From NCBI RefSeq assembly GCF_964355755.1, contig NC_092671.1:12710001-12774000 (forward strand): 64,000 nt of DNA. Reading direction: 5' to 3'. The notes under the pieces are model-generated. The model was not told where the DNA came from, ran no database searches, and saw only the letters and a program-made list of their open reading frames with translations. Shown here in pieces: positions 39,801-54,100 of this stretch. This DNA comes from Antedon mediterranea (taxonomy: Eukaryota; Animalia; Echinodermata). The translations under genes were made by a program, and so were the position numbers. Numbering within the stretch: position 1 is the first letter of the stretch; each line of letters starts with the position of its first letter.

Positions 39801-42164
39801 AGAATAATTATGACGTTCTTAATGATGGCGCTATTTTTAATAGTCTTTCACACCTGTTCCGGCACGGTTTCGGTCCGGCAAATCGAACAGCAATGTTTCG
39901 TTTTCACGACGCTCCACGTGGCTATACGCCAATCGATATTCGTGTAGCAGCGTGAAAACGAAACATTGACGTTCGATTGGATTTTCCGGCGCCGGACCGG
40001 AACAGGTGTGAAATACACTTTAAACGTGTTTTTATTGTGATAATTTAGCATATCCCAACACATATAGCACAATTATGTACAAATTAATTTAATAACTAAT
40101 ATTAGATACTAAATGGTGAAAAGAGACGTAACATATCTAGCTACATAAGCATGTCATGATTACGTATTTGTATATAAAATGTGTATGTAGGTTGAGCGGC
40201 TTTTCGCCATTTCTTGGTGACTTGGATACAGACACTCTGAACAATGTAACTCGAGCGGAATGGGACTTTGACGATCCAGCATTCGACACTATTTCCGAAG
40301 ATGCTAAAGCATTCATTGAAGCATTGTTGATTAGACTTCCAAGGTAATGTATATCACACAGTACCTCAATGAAAATGAAGTGGTTTTTATCCACCATTTT
40401 TAAAACGGTTTGGCTGTTTACTTTGCAAATATTGTGTCTTCAAACAACTATAATATAGAGATGTCGTCATCGTTTTTTTTAATTCTCCACTAATACTGAT
40501 TATTATTACTTTGCAACCCAGTATGTGTGTCCATTGTATGTATTAATGATAAACAGGTGACACAAAGGGTTAAATGTTATAGTAATATTAATTCATGGTA
40601 CAGGACATTTCTGCCTTCATGAGGAAAGCGACCTTGAAATATGTTGTCGATTTACTCTGGGGACAACCCTTGGGGATGTAGCTATATAGTTGCTGCTACG
40701 TGTACTTAAATCAAAGTCCCAACTTCACAGAGTAAATGATAATAAACTAACACATCAAGACTCTGTGACACATTAATTATATATTATGGTCGTTTATTAA
40801 GACTAGTATTCTAAAATAAGGGGTTTTATACTCACTTTTAACTGCCAATAATCAAAAACATTTAATTAATTGATTTATTTAGAATACGAACCTTTTCGTA
40901 ATTCCAGCAATCTTTATCAAGGTAAATTTAAATAGGTTTATAACGGTCAAAAGTCATGTATTAATTCATGGGTTCGTTGGTAAAGTGAAATGTGTTTTAA
41001 TATCAAACAAAAAAGGGTGAACTAGCGTCATAACTGTACAAATTTGATTTACGATCAAGTGGCTGGCCAGTACTTAGCGATGGAAGAGAACATTCAAACA
41101 AGTGACTCCTTTTATTTTTCAGGAAGCGTAATTGTGCTGAAGAGTGCCTAAGACACGGATGGTTGGCTGGGGACACAAGGCCAAAGGAGACGACTCGACT
41201 TTCTACCGAAAAACTAAAAAGATACGTTGCTAAAAGACGGTGGCAGGTAAGTGATTTCAAGGATTAGTATAGCTTATGGAAGGCAATCGCCGCCAAAAAT
41301 ACAAAAGTAAAACAAACAACGTACTTTCACAAACGAACAACGTGCTTTCACAAACGAACGATCTAAATTAAAACAAACAACGTACTTTCACAAACGAACA
41401 ACCAACTTTCACAAACAAACAACCTACTTTCACAAACGAACGATCTAAATTAAAACAAACATCGTACTTTCACAAACGAACGAACTAATGTAAAACAAAC
41501 AACGTACTTTTACAAACGAACAACCTACTTTTACATTAACAGCGTATTTTTTTCAAACGGACAACGTACATTGGTAAACGAACAACCTGCTTTACCAAAC
41601 GATGTAGATTGCCGAATGAACTAAGGACTCGTCCATTTTCTAAGTCGGGTAATAAAGGTTTATCGAAAATACCTTGATTTCGCGAGAAACGTCATTGCAC
41701 AATGCATGCTGGGAAGGGTTTGGGAGCATAGCGCCACACCGGCGTATAATACAAACTTTATATGTGCAAAAGTTTCGATAAGAGGATATGACGTAGAGGG
41801 CGCTTAAAGCGAGCATTGCGCGCGTAAGCAAAACTCATCCTGACAAAACGCCGTCAAAACTACACGTGTGTAGATAGTAGTAGCTACCTTTTTACTGCAA
41901 AACGTATGCAATATGGCCGGTAACAATTCTGAGACCCTGAGTGAAGCAATTAGACTGTTGAACAGAGCAGTTGGACTTCTGGTTCAACATCCTCCTGGTA
42001 AGTACTACCATTTATTTTTAATTTTTGGATCTATTTATTATATTATTCCCTCTAACTGAATCTATACCATACTTCTGCTCAGTGTGTTGTTATAGCGACG
42101 GCTTGCTAGCATACCCACGAGCAGTACGTGATGGCCAACATGGAAGACTAGACCTTATTCAATA

Positions 42165-42195
<31 letters not shown>

Positions 42196-45100
42196 CAATA
42201 ACGTATTAAGTCAACACAGTATTAAAGATGGCCGGCAATAACTCACACAACCCGGGGAGTCATTATTTGTTTAGGCATTTCGAAGCTCTTTTTATTTGTA
42301 CTAATAATACTATGATTTTATTGTTTGCAATTGTAAAATTATAAAAAGTATGTGTCATTTTACGTTTTAAAAATCAACACCCATTGCCCGCTGACAGTGT
42401 GAGGTCACTGTTTTACCTATTTTCTAAACCACCACAGTGTTTTTTACTTGTGATTTAAGATCACTTCAAGTAGGTCATCAATCATTTTCGATAGTTTCTT
42501 AAAATAAGCCGAATATTCATAGATTCCTTACATATTTTTCTTATGAGCATTGCAGACCGTTGGATTTTAGCTAACTTTAGGGTTAATTTTTCATTATATA
42601 ATTTAGGCCTAAATAGAATTTTAATTTTTATATCATTCTAATGTTTGATATAAGGAACAATTATGAGTTGTTATTTAGTTCTATAATCGTGTTTTATATT
42701 CACAATTGCCAAATTAAGATGTTTGAATGCTAGCCAGCTGGGATTTACCATTATCACTCGGATGATGGTTATGTTTATTTTTCTGTGACCTGTTTAATGT
42801 TCATAATATACTAGTTTATGTTATTTTAATTTCTTTGGTTAAAAACTGTAATCAATATTTGTGGAAATTATTTTTAGTCATAATATAGCATGACCCCGCT
42901 TTATAATGGACGATGAAAAGTTGCATATGAACTTGGTATAACAAATGTAGATGAACAGCTCACTATAGGTACATATTAAAAATCACTGTTTGGTTGCAAC
43001 ATTTGCACCAAGAGATTCATATTTTAATTACTATTATGTAAACTGTTTTGCTTTAGATTCTGGTCCACAAGACCGTTCCGATAACAATAGGGAGTCTACT
43101 ACTACTACTACTACTACTACTAGGCCTACTAGTAGTAGTGGTAGTAGGCCTACTTCTAACATCGTGGATGAGCACAGGAGGCTATTCCGAAGAACACCAA
43201 TCGTAAGGATATATATATATATACAGTAAATTAAAAATGTGCTTTATAAACCTCATTATATAATATACAAAAGGACGTTTGCAAAGACAGTGTTACATTT
43301 AATAATGTAAGAGGGATAGATACCGGTACTACGTCGCGTTAGGATTTTTATACACAAGTATACAGGAGGGCAATTACTAACTTATTGGGTAACGGATTGA
43401 TAGCTGGTTCTTTAAAACCAACAATTATATTAGTCCGAATTATACTGATAATTTATCCATTTATATTGCGCAAATTTCATTAAAATATGTTCAAATTACG
43501 CATTTGGCCTTTCTCATGCCCCAGCTTCCTACCTCCTCCTGGTCTAAAGGGCCTTTCACACCTGTTCCGGCACGGTTTCGGTTCGGCGAATTGAACGCCA
43601 ATGTTTCGTTTTCACGACGTTCGACGCGGCTATGCGCCAATCGATATGCGCGTAGCCGCGTAAAAACAAAACATTGGCGTTCAATTGGATTTGCCACTAA
43701 TTGGAGGCCCTCAAACTGTCATCCTTATTTATATTTATAAACAATACCAATCCAAACAACAAACAAAGCCCATGCTCACATTGGCAAGACTAGTGACCAC
43801 AGGAATGGTCGAATAAATAGAAGACAAAATGAAAAAGAATCAATACATTTTTGGTTTGGCTTATATTAAGGATGACAGAGATAATGTTATACATAATATG
43901 TACAAATATTACACTGCCAGCCGCACACACCATTGAATACATAGGCCTACATACATTAACCTTAGCAAGATTTTCTATAATGTACAAACTCACTCTCATT
44001 TTTATTCCAGAGATGTTTTTGGCCTCAGCCATTGTGCTAAATGGGGAAAACTGTTAATTTGTTAATGACATTTTTCATTTACGTGGGTTTATTTTCTATA
44101 GATTCAATCTCGACGTGCAGCAGTCCGGCCTTACGCAATTTCTCCACGCAACACAAGTAAGACTTTATTGTTGAAAGTTTAAGCAAAAAGAAAATAGGTC
44201 TAAGTCGTACTTCATTGATATATAATATAAACATATAGGTTTGGTCTACCATACTTTCAAGTTTTAGCAGTAGAACTGAAATGAACAATATAATTTTGTT
44301 TTCAGTAAGACAATGGACAAAAGAAATCGTGTGTTTGCCAACAAAGGACTGCATTGAGGTACCGTCCCTATCATACCAGCGTATACTGCAGGCGAACGGC
44401 ATTGGTAAGAAAAAGATACGGTTTACCTGTAATGCAGATGCCGAAGAGGTCCGAAGTATACTATATAGGTATAGATTTACATTCTGACTTTGGCATGTTA
44501 TTAAAATATTACCCTCGCCCGAAGAGTATTGCATTCAAGATGTGGTTATGTAGGTCTATGTCTGTTCTAAATTCTGGAACTTTGAATTTACTTTGAAACA
44601 TAACTTTGGAGACGACCTATAGTGTTTCAATTCTATAGCGGGGCCTTTTATTACATTTTCTGAAGTCGGTATTAGGTTTCAAAATTTGTAATCTTTCTCC
44701 ACAAAAATATGACAACAAAAACCTTATAGGTACACTATATTATTACATATAATATTGCAATTGAATTGAAAGATTCTTTTCTATAAACTGACGTTTTCTG
44801 TTACGGTATTCAATGGAAATGTTATGTAATGTACGTGTGGAATTAGCCGAAACGTTTTAGGCAATACATTATGATGTCAGAGCTTAATAGGATGTAAATA
44901 ATTACAATGATGAAGACATATCGACATTCGGTATTTTATTACACTTTCACAATATGAAATTAGTTAATTTCCCCATTTTAAATATTGTTGAAAATTAGGA
45001 AAATTTAAACATAGCAAAAAACTTCCAAAAGCGGGAAAATTGAAATCTGTAACTGGTGGTGTACATGCAAAAAATAAGATATACCTGGCATGCGAATGTA

Positions 45101-48100
45101 AACAGTAGTAGGGAATCTTTAATTATAACACTGTAACCGGTAAAATAACGTGGTTTGTTTTCCCCTCCCATTGAAGTTCTTTTCCGGTGCTGCGAGACAC
45201 TGGAGGAATAGAATATTTAAGGGCGAAGGAGATGTCCAGAACTCAGTTGGTGTTTGTGGTGTCCGGCTTTTTGTCGGTTGAAGAAATGCGGCCTCTCTCA
45301 ACGGGAAGACTGTACATCAGGCCGTTACAGAAGGACATACCAATTGACCCGCTGGCCAGGATCGAGGGATCTATGGAAGAGACTTGTCATGTGTGCGGTC
45401 AAAGTATGCTATCAAGTCAAATACGAGAACACCTTGTTGAGTGTACTCCGAGCACATCCTCGCATGAGGTAGGCTATGTATATAAAATACCACCATCACA
45501 ATCATAACATTTTGCCATCCAAATAGTTTGTTTGCCTTTCTCCGCCGCCTCTAAAATTTGAATTGATATGAAAAAGGTTGCTGGACGAATTTTTGCTGTA
45601 AAGTATTCGAAGCAATCGTCAATAAGGCATAGTTAAATATAAACAAAAATATAGATAATATATTGCCTGGCTGAAATTCGGAAGAACAATTAAACATGAT
45701 AGTCAATCGGGGAGGGAAAATGGGTATATTTAGGCCTTGCTGTCGTCCTAGCTGTCGACCGATTCAAATACACAAATTATTTAAATGAATGTATTATGAA
45801 TATTGATTCCTTTAGAATACTGCAAGCGTGCCTATTACAGTTCCTGACAGTGATAATGATGATGTTGATGAACTGCTAGATGTCATCATCGACGCTCCTA
45901 TACCGGTAGTAAATGACAGGTAGGTGCAGGCGTTCGTCTGATTGAATGAATAATAATATAAAGATTATTGTACTGTATTTGGCACATGCCTGAAACAAAG
46001 CCACACAATGTCAGTTTATAATACAATACACTGTACTACAAATAAAACAGCCAACTCCTCTTAGCAGATATGAAGACAATTCAATAGAAGGACACTCAGT
46101 CACAACAATACAACCAGTGACACAACCACCAGTCTCGTTACAGACACTTCAAGATGTGTTAGCTGAATGTCTGAGTAAAACGTGAGTAACTACTACTGTT
46201 TCTGAATTATGAATTTAGTCTTTATGTTTTGGTGCAAATATTATGAAATTGATGCTGGTGACAAATATTAAGAGAAGAAAATGTAGTTGATGCTGAATAT
46301 AATAATGATAGTGGTGGTGGTGTTGGTGGTGTTGGGAGTAATGATCAATGAATGATAATATTCATTATGTAATTTCCATTGGTTTTCGCGTAGAACACCA
46401 TGTAATGAACGTTTATGATTTCTTATTTTAATAGGAATGAGGTGAGCGATCCGGTGGAGGTATTAAGGGTATACCAACATACGTTTTTGCGTGGCCGACC
46501 ACTGGATCAACTTGTGGAGACAGAGGAATTGGAAGGGGAATCTCTTCCAATATATGCATCTAGAGATGATATTTTTGAAACCGGAATGGCAGAATTAATT
46601 GAACAGCCTGGCGATTGGCAGCCATTCCGGTTACCCTTAGATGTGACATTTTATGGTGAGGAGTCCATCGACGCTGGAGGTCCACGAAAGGAATTCTTCG
46701 TGCTGATGCTGCAGGAACTTCTGCAAGAAGAGAGGAGGATATTGCAGAAGGATGATGATGGCAGGTACACCATAACTCAGGACGTCACTCAATTGAGAAA
46801 AAAGTATTATTATGGTGCGGGTCTTGTATGCGGTGAGTATTACTATTGAACTCCACTACATAAGGCAAAATAGACTAGATTTCATGTGTCCGTATCATTC
46901 AGCAAACACCGATAGACTGCTTTTTATGTTGGAAGAGGGTGGAATTGGCAGAAGCAAGCTACAATAGCCTCTTAATGAAATGTTTTTTCAATAGCGAGTA
47001 TTGATGTCTTTTTCAGGTCTATCAATGTTACAAAATGGACCACTGCCTTGTTTCCTGGCGGAAACTGAAATCGAGGCCATGTTAAGTGATGACACTGCAC
47101 AACAATCGGAAAGTCAAACGCAGTTTAAGGAAGGCTTCAACAAATTGGGGCTGATAGATGTAAGTTTGAAAGACATAAGTGACAGATTGGGTATTGCAGT
47201 TTGGCTTTATTATGTTTGTGTATTTGTGTCCGCGCGGGCATCTCCATTGATCTCCGATTCACCCGGATATTTGTTCTTATTCAGAATATTGGCCTAGGTC
47301 TATTGCTGAAACAAGAATAAATAGATCCTTTTTCGTGTTCTCCTAATATTTTTTTTACCTACATTTACGAAATCGCATTATGACTATGCGCTGTGTCAAA
47401 TTAATGTATTAATTACATTAAAATCGGCCACTCGCGAACGTCAAATTATTTAGTGTTTATTCCACAACTTCGTTGGGACGATTTTTTTCCAAATCCCAAC
47501 ATGCGTGCGTTTTTAGGCCTAAGCCTAACACTAGAATTTATCGAGGATCTAGTACGCGAGCGCTAAATATTCTTTATACGCGTATACGATTCATCTCCGA
47601 CACAATCGGCAAAGTTGAACATGGTTGAACTTTGCCGATTTGACTGCGATGAATCAGGGAGCCTTCCCGATTGCGTCGGCGACATCTGCGCGTGTAGCGA
47701 TTTTAATGGAAACGCTGTAGCGATTTTAATGAAAACCAGGCTTAACGCGCTCTAATTAGATTCATTGTTATTTTGGTTGACACTCTGACAGGTTTCCTAA
47801 TAATATGTACCGTAGCCTCTCTATTCAGTGCTGCTCTCGATTGTCGTAATGCCATTCATTTTTACTATTTACAAAAAGCTGCTTCGGGCGAAACCAATTG
47901 TTGTATTCCTCCTGCGACCGACAGCACGAAAGGCCCTGACAAACAGGATGATTCTTTCAATACTGAAGCCGGAATTCTCAGAAAGAGGATCAAACCAACG
48001 GAAAAGAGAAGACGGTGTGTACACAAAATTGATCCGATATGTAAAGGATGTAGCTGGTATGCATAACTGTTCCTTCATTATTTCGTTTACAAACAATGAT

Positions 48101-51100
48101 AATTCTAATGAGATAGATACATTTCCATACAACACACCCACGCCAAACACACACACACCATGGTGGGGAGAGGGTATCGAAATGAACTTCATCCGTCTGT
48201 CTGTTTCACAAGGCAAAAACATTGGTCCAATTTACTTACAATCTTGAACTGTGTATAGTTACTATAAATAACTACTAAGTATGTATGCCCACGTTTAGTA
48301 CCCACATACGTATGTATGTATGTATATACAGTATATTGTAGCGTAGTTCATGGTTTATCCACATTTAATAGTATAATTATTTCTAACTTATAAATATACC
48401 TCATGTTATGATTATATTTGTATAATTATGTAGGCCTAATATTTGTGTTTTTAATCAATTAAAAGTGTAAATTATGTATGGTGATAGAGTTGCAACATTA
48501 AATGTTGTCTTGTCATTATAACCTGTATTTTTTATTTTATGTATAGCTGGTAGACGAAGGGGTGTATCTTTGGAGCGGATCCTTCGGTTTGTGACCGGGA
48601 CGACAGAGCCTCCAATTCTCGGGTTCGCAATGCAACCCAGAATCGTTTTTGTTGAGGGGAGAAGCATTTTCCCCTCAAGTTCAACTTGCACAAATACGTT
48701 GTACCTGCCTACAAACGTATCCGATGTGCAAGACGAACAGCTGTACGAAAGATATGACGAAGCCTTTCTTTCCAATTACTTTGGAATTGTTTAAGTGTAT
48801 ATACAGCAGTATAATGTTCGTATGTGTGAGTGATCATTTTCCACCGTCCGGTTGTAAAAATAATGACGCATAAATTAATTCAGTGGCGGACGCAAGGGTG
48901 TCGCCCCAGTTGCCCGGGCAACACCGTTAATTTCATACCAAATGTTTTTTTTCTGTCACTTAAATTTTAGATCCCATTTCATTATTTATATATATATATT
49001 AACCATTAATCTCCTTGCATTGATGATATAACAAAGTGCTTGTTTTACCTCTTAAATACATTGTATATAGTAATTGTATTATAATATAGTAATATGTCTT
49101 TCGGGTATGAAGCGTCTCACATACACACAGAGCCAAAATAATATCTTGGACCTGCACTGTGTATGGACTCTAACCTTACGGTTTTCATTAAACACATCAT
49201 TCCATGCTATCCATTCTAAACTTCTTATTTCAAACTTTTGCATTCCTCTCATTCATCTCATCCTTTTTTGTCTTGGTGAAAAGGGAGGGTATTTCATATT
49301 CCTCCTCTGAGTTTATAGCCTCTCTACCCGAACACGAACAGAATAGAATAATGACTACTGTCATAACTACGTTTTTAATCAATTTTTATCATCTTTTTAT
49401 TGTCATTTATATATTTTAATTAATTGTATTTTTAAACATGTATATGATTTATGGAACCTGATTTTGACAATGTATCATATAAATTAGCGAAAAACAATAT
49501 ATTTTAAAATAATATTTAAATGTACACACATATACTTATAACAGAGCATTATAAAAGTTGGACGAAGCCACACAAGAAAAAAAAAACCATTGACGTTATA
49601 AAAGTCCAGGATTGGGAGAGTCTATATGTAAATTTATGACTGCAGCGTAAAATTCAAAGACTATTGTGTATAATTATTTGTTTTTACTGATATTTAGCTA
49701 GTATTTCAAGAGCTCGTATGAACAATGACGGCTCCCAAATATTTACATTACTGTTAATTATTACATCCATTTCATTCCTGAACTGTAACAGTTGTTCTTC
49801 ACCGAGAGGACATACAGTTTCCGGTACAACAATGCCAATTTCATCACCACTATCTGAAGGAGCGCAATCCCTATCAAGCCCGAACTGATCTGCATCTTCC
49901 TGAAAGAATAATGCAGTACGGTATAGATTTGTGATGTCGGTATTTATTTTGATATATTGGTGTCTGTAAACCGACTTACATGCAACGGCGCAGATCCGTT
50001 TTTAATAGTGAGGGGAAGGGACTTATAAAAATGAAATACATTGCGAGCAAAGCGAGTAACTAGGCTGGGGGACAGGGGCGCCACTGGTTATATTCACGCA
50101 AAATGTATTCTTCTTATTACTGAAATTACATACGATATGTCGATTGAAGTCTTACTTTCTATTTTGTTTCACCCCAATTTAATGATTTTGCTGTTGAAAA
50201 AAAAGATGGACAATCCCCGGCCCCCACTAGTAAATATGTATCCCCTTCCCCTCCCCCAGGATCTGCGCCGGTGCTTACGTGTGAATCATTTTGGTAAGTT
50301 AGATGCAATAGAAACCAATGCTTGTATGCTTTACATTATTTCTCTAACCTCTGTTAACAACTCGAAGTACTCGGATGATATAATACTATCCTCGCAGGCT
50401 ATATTCTGCATTCCCATAATAAAGAGCTGATTTGGTGTTTTATGGTGCTCCGTTCGCAATTTGTGATTGTTCCACATGTTTACAAACTCTTGTAACATTC
50501 TGTTGATAATAGGGCAGTATATATAATGTAATAGAAAAACGTGACATTCGTCATCATTACATAATATGCCAAGGTGTTCAATGTTCTTGAAGAAAGTATA
50601 CCATGAGCCAATCACAGCATCGAATACATCTCTCCATAGTCGTTCAATTCTAGTGTTGTGAACGCTACGTCCCGTGATAAAGCTTCCCCTTCCTGGTCCT
50701 CTGGAAGGATGATGGAGCATGAACCGAGCAACATCCACATTCTCAACACCCATGTCTGCTCTAACACGTGACGGTAATCCCCACACCCGTACTGCTTCCT
50801 CAAAACAATGTAAAACCGTTGTTGCCCTATTGTCTGTGTTACATCTGAGGTACACAAGTGCTCGGCTATATCCATCTACGCCACCATGTATCACAAACCT
50901 CCACCTGTTTAAAAAGAAAAAAGGTGTAGTAGTTTGTTGGGTGTTTTTGTCTGGTCATGGTGCAAGAAGGTTATATAAAACAACGTATTACCTAATGAGT
51001 TTGTGATTTCCGTCAATGTGAAACAGACTCAAAGGCGAATGAACCGAATATCGTCTTACATTCAAGCATGATGTCAATGCTCGTCTTTCTGGGCGGACAC

Positions 51101-54100
51101 GATGTAGTGAATCCCGCACCCGGTTGCGCTGTACAATGGTTCCATTAGCTATTAAGTGTGCGAGTACACTTTTCCAGCCTATAAAAAAATTGAGTGTAAC
51201 ATATAAATAAATAAATATAAACATATGCAATATGAACGAGTATGGAGTATGGCGCAAATGTTTTTTTTTAAATTGAGAGTCTATCTCCCAACGTATTAGG
51301 CCTGCATACTATATACCGTATGTTATAATAGCAACAACATTTACTCATTTACTTTGTGAAGCGCCTTCTCCGAATAAGCGCCGCACTCAAGCCCTCACAA
51401 ACACGCGGTGACTACTATAGTATATTTTTTGGGAGGTCCATATAGTTCATAGCAACATAATAAATAAATTGTATCGGTTCGATACATTTATTAAACGTCG
51501 CGATGTTTACAACTTTACTATAATAAACTGAGGTAGTCATATAGTACTGTACGTTATATAATAATTTATGATAGGCCTAAGCCAATATGGTTTGGTGCGG
51601 CACTTATTAGGGCATTTACAACATCATTTATTGATTGATTGATTTATTTATTAAGAAAACAATGAAAACAATACAAAAGCAGAATGTGCAACTGTGATAA
51701 TGATGTAGACCTTGATCATTAAAACGATGCATTTATAGTAGGCCTATAATATCATTGTTTAAACTAACACACCTGAATTAGGAAATGAACCAAGTATCCG
51801 TTCAATTTTGTTGTCCAGGTGGTCATCGGTTATATTGCTGTACTTCATACTCATAGATATCCCTGCTTCTTGTAATCGTCGCTCTATCGTCCGCTTACTG
51901 ACACGCAGAAGACCACTCATATCTTTCACAGTGAACCCATTTTCTGTATATTGTATAATTATTAATACATTCAAGTTGACATGCCATTTATTTCAATGAT
52001 TGAATTGTGTAGGTAGATTATAGTTAAAATGTTATGAATACACACTCAAACCATAATGCCAATTGTCCAATCCGGTGTCTACTCTCTTATATAGATTTAT
52101 GCACCTCTGCCTTTGTCAGCTTTCTACAAGCGCAATAGGCCCAAGTTACTTAGAAACTCTAGAGAGTGCATTAATGGCAGTGTGTTAACATGCACGTTCG
52201 ACTTTTCACTCGCGAGCGCACATGTTACGTACTACGATTAAAGCGTCCTCTAGATTTTATATCGAAATGAAGGTCTCTAATTAAAGACCACTTTTGAGAC
52301 CGATGTTTTAATTGGGTTTAGCAGCTTTGGCCTCTAATTAACTTTAATTAAGGACTGCCTAAGTTTGGTTAGAAGAAAACTAATAGAACTACTGAAGCAT
52401 GCATACATGTAATATTTATGAATACATGAATACATGTAAACGCAGTTTATTTGACAAATTCATTGTTATGATGCAGACATAAATTGCTTTTGTAATTAAA
52501 ATTTGAGGTGTGCGACAAATTGAGGAAATTGGGGTTAACTGAGGACAATTTGGGGTTGTCGGTGACGGTGGTATCCAGAAATATATAAACTAAGTAAGGA
52601 GGGGCGAAAAAACCTCGGAAAATGCGATGCCTAAATTAGTTAATTAAATCTACTATAGTACTTCACACATGTCACGTGGGATTTTGCGGCCACTACAGAA
52701 GTATACATTTAAATTACACTAAACACATAAACGCATTACATACCAATAAAAAATAACAGCTGTACTTCAGTGATGAGTAATCTGGGTCTACCTGGAAGTG
52801 AACCGTGAACAGTCTCAGGCCTATAGCCAAAAACACTTGTAGGCCTAAAAGTATTACCATGCTGACTTTCTTTAAATATTCGAGATGCTTCAAAGATGAG
52901 TGATACAATTTCGTTTTCTATACCAAATGTCAGACAGTCCCTGCATATGCCATCAAGTAAATGCACAGACGGTTGAATAGCATTTTGTTGTTCAATCTCT
53001 AGCAAATCAATTACCTCAGTAAGGCGTATACGTATCCTGGTTCGATCCTCGTCGTCCATGTTTGTATAGTTGCTTGTTTGTTTTTTTAATTCTAAAAACA
53101 CCTTATTTTTTATACCCGACTTAGAAAATGGACGAGTCCTTAGTTCATTCGGCAATCCACATCGTTTGGTAAAGCAGGTTGTTCGTTTACCAATGTACGT
53201 TGTCCGTTTGAAAAAAATACGTTGTTAATGTAAAAGTAGGTTGTTCGTTTGTAAAAGTACGTTGTTTGTTTTACATTAGTTCGTTCGTTTGTGAAAGTAC
53301 GATGTTTGTTTTAATTTAGATCGTTCGTTTGTGAAAGTAGGTTGTTTGTTTGTGAAAGTTGGTTGTTCGTTTGTGAAAGTACGTTGTTTGTTTTAATTTA
53401 GATCGTTCGTTTGTGAAAGCACGTTGTTCGTTTGTGAAAGCACGTTGTTCGTTTGTGAAAGTACGTTGTTTGTTTTACTTTTGTATTTTTGGCGGCGATT
53501 GCCTTCCATAATAGCTAGCGTAGTTTATATAATTTACCTTTCTTTCATTATAGTTTACCGGTCCCGCGTAATGGTTTATGATGTAGGGCGAATTGTTGTT
53601 TGCATTGACGAGTTTGTTTCCGCTTTACCAAGATTATGGAAGGCAATCGCCGCCAAAAATACAAAAGTAAAACAAACTACGTACTTTCACAAACGAACAA
53701 CGTACTTTCACAAACGAACGATCTAAACTAAAACAAAGAACGTACTTTTACAAACGAACAACCTACTTTCACAAACAAACAACCTACTTTCACAAACGAA
53801 CGATCTACTTTCACAAACGAATGAACTAATGTAAAATAAACAACGTACTTTAAAAAACGAACAACGTACTTTTACGCGAACAACGTATTACAAACGGACA
53901 ACGTACATTGATAAACGAACAACCTGCTTTACCAAACGATGTAGATTGCAGAATGAACTAAGGACTCGTCCATTTTTTAAGTCGGGTATAAAAACACCAC
54001 ATGACCTGAGGAAAATAAAATGTTGTTAATAGTGAGCTCTCTATATAGAGTATACACTATATAACTACATACAGTGTAGCATAGGTAAAATTATGGGACC

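Larger units (their letters stand above)
41275..53510. mobile_element. Autonomous two-gene DNA transposon, IS3EU-like (12,236 bp)
   Basis: Termini TATGGAAGGCAATCGCCGCC / GGCGGCGATTGCCTTCCATA. TIRs span 41275-41651 and 53113-53510. Perfect 6-bp TSD ATAGCT at 41269-41274 and 53511-53516. Encodes an IS3/rve-type DDE transposase. TAY...RTA ends with a 6-bp TSD match my recollection of the IS3EU superfamily. Confidence 0.93.

Noticed and set aside
49684-53059. LTR retrotransposon or retroviral integrase
   Set aside because: The gene has introns, no gag/RT/RNase H, and is bounded by inverted rather than direct terminal repeats.
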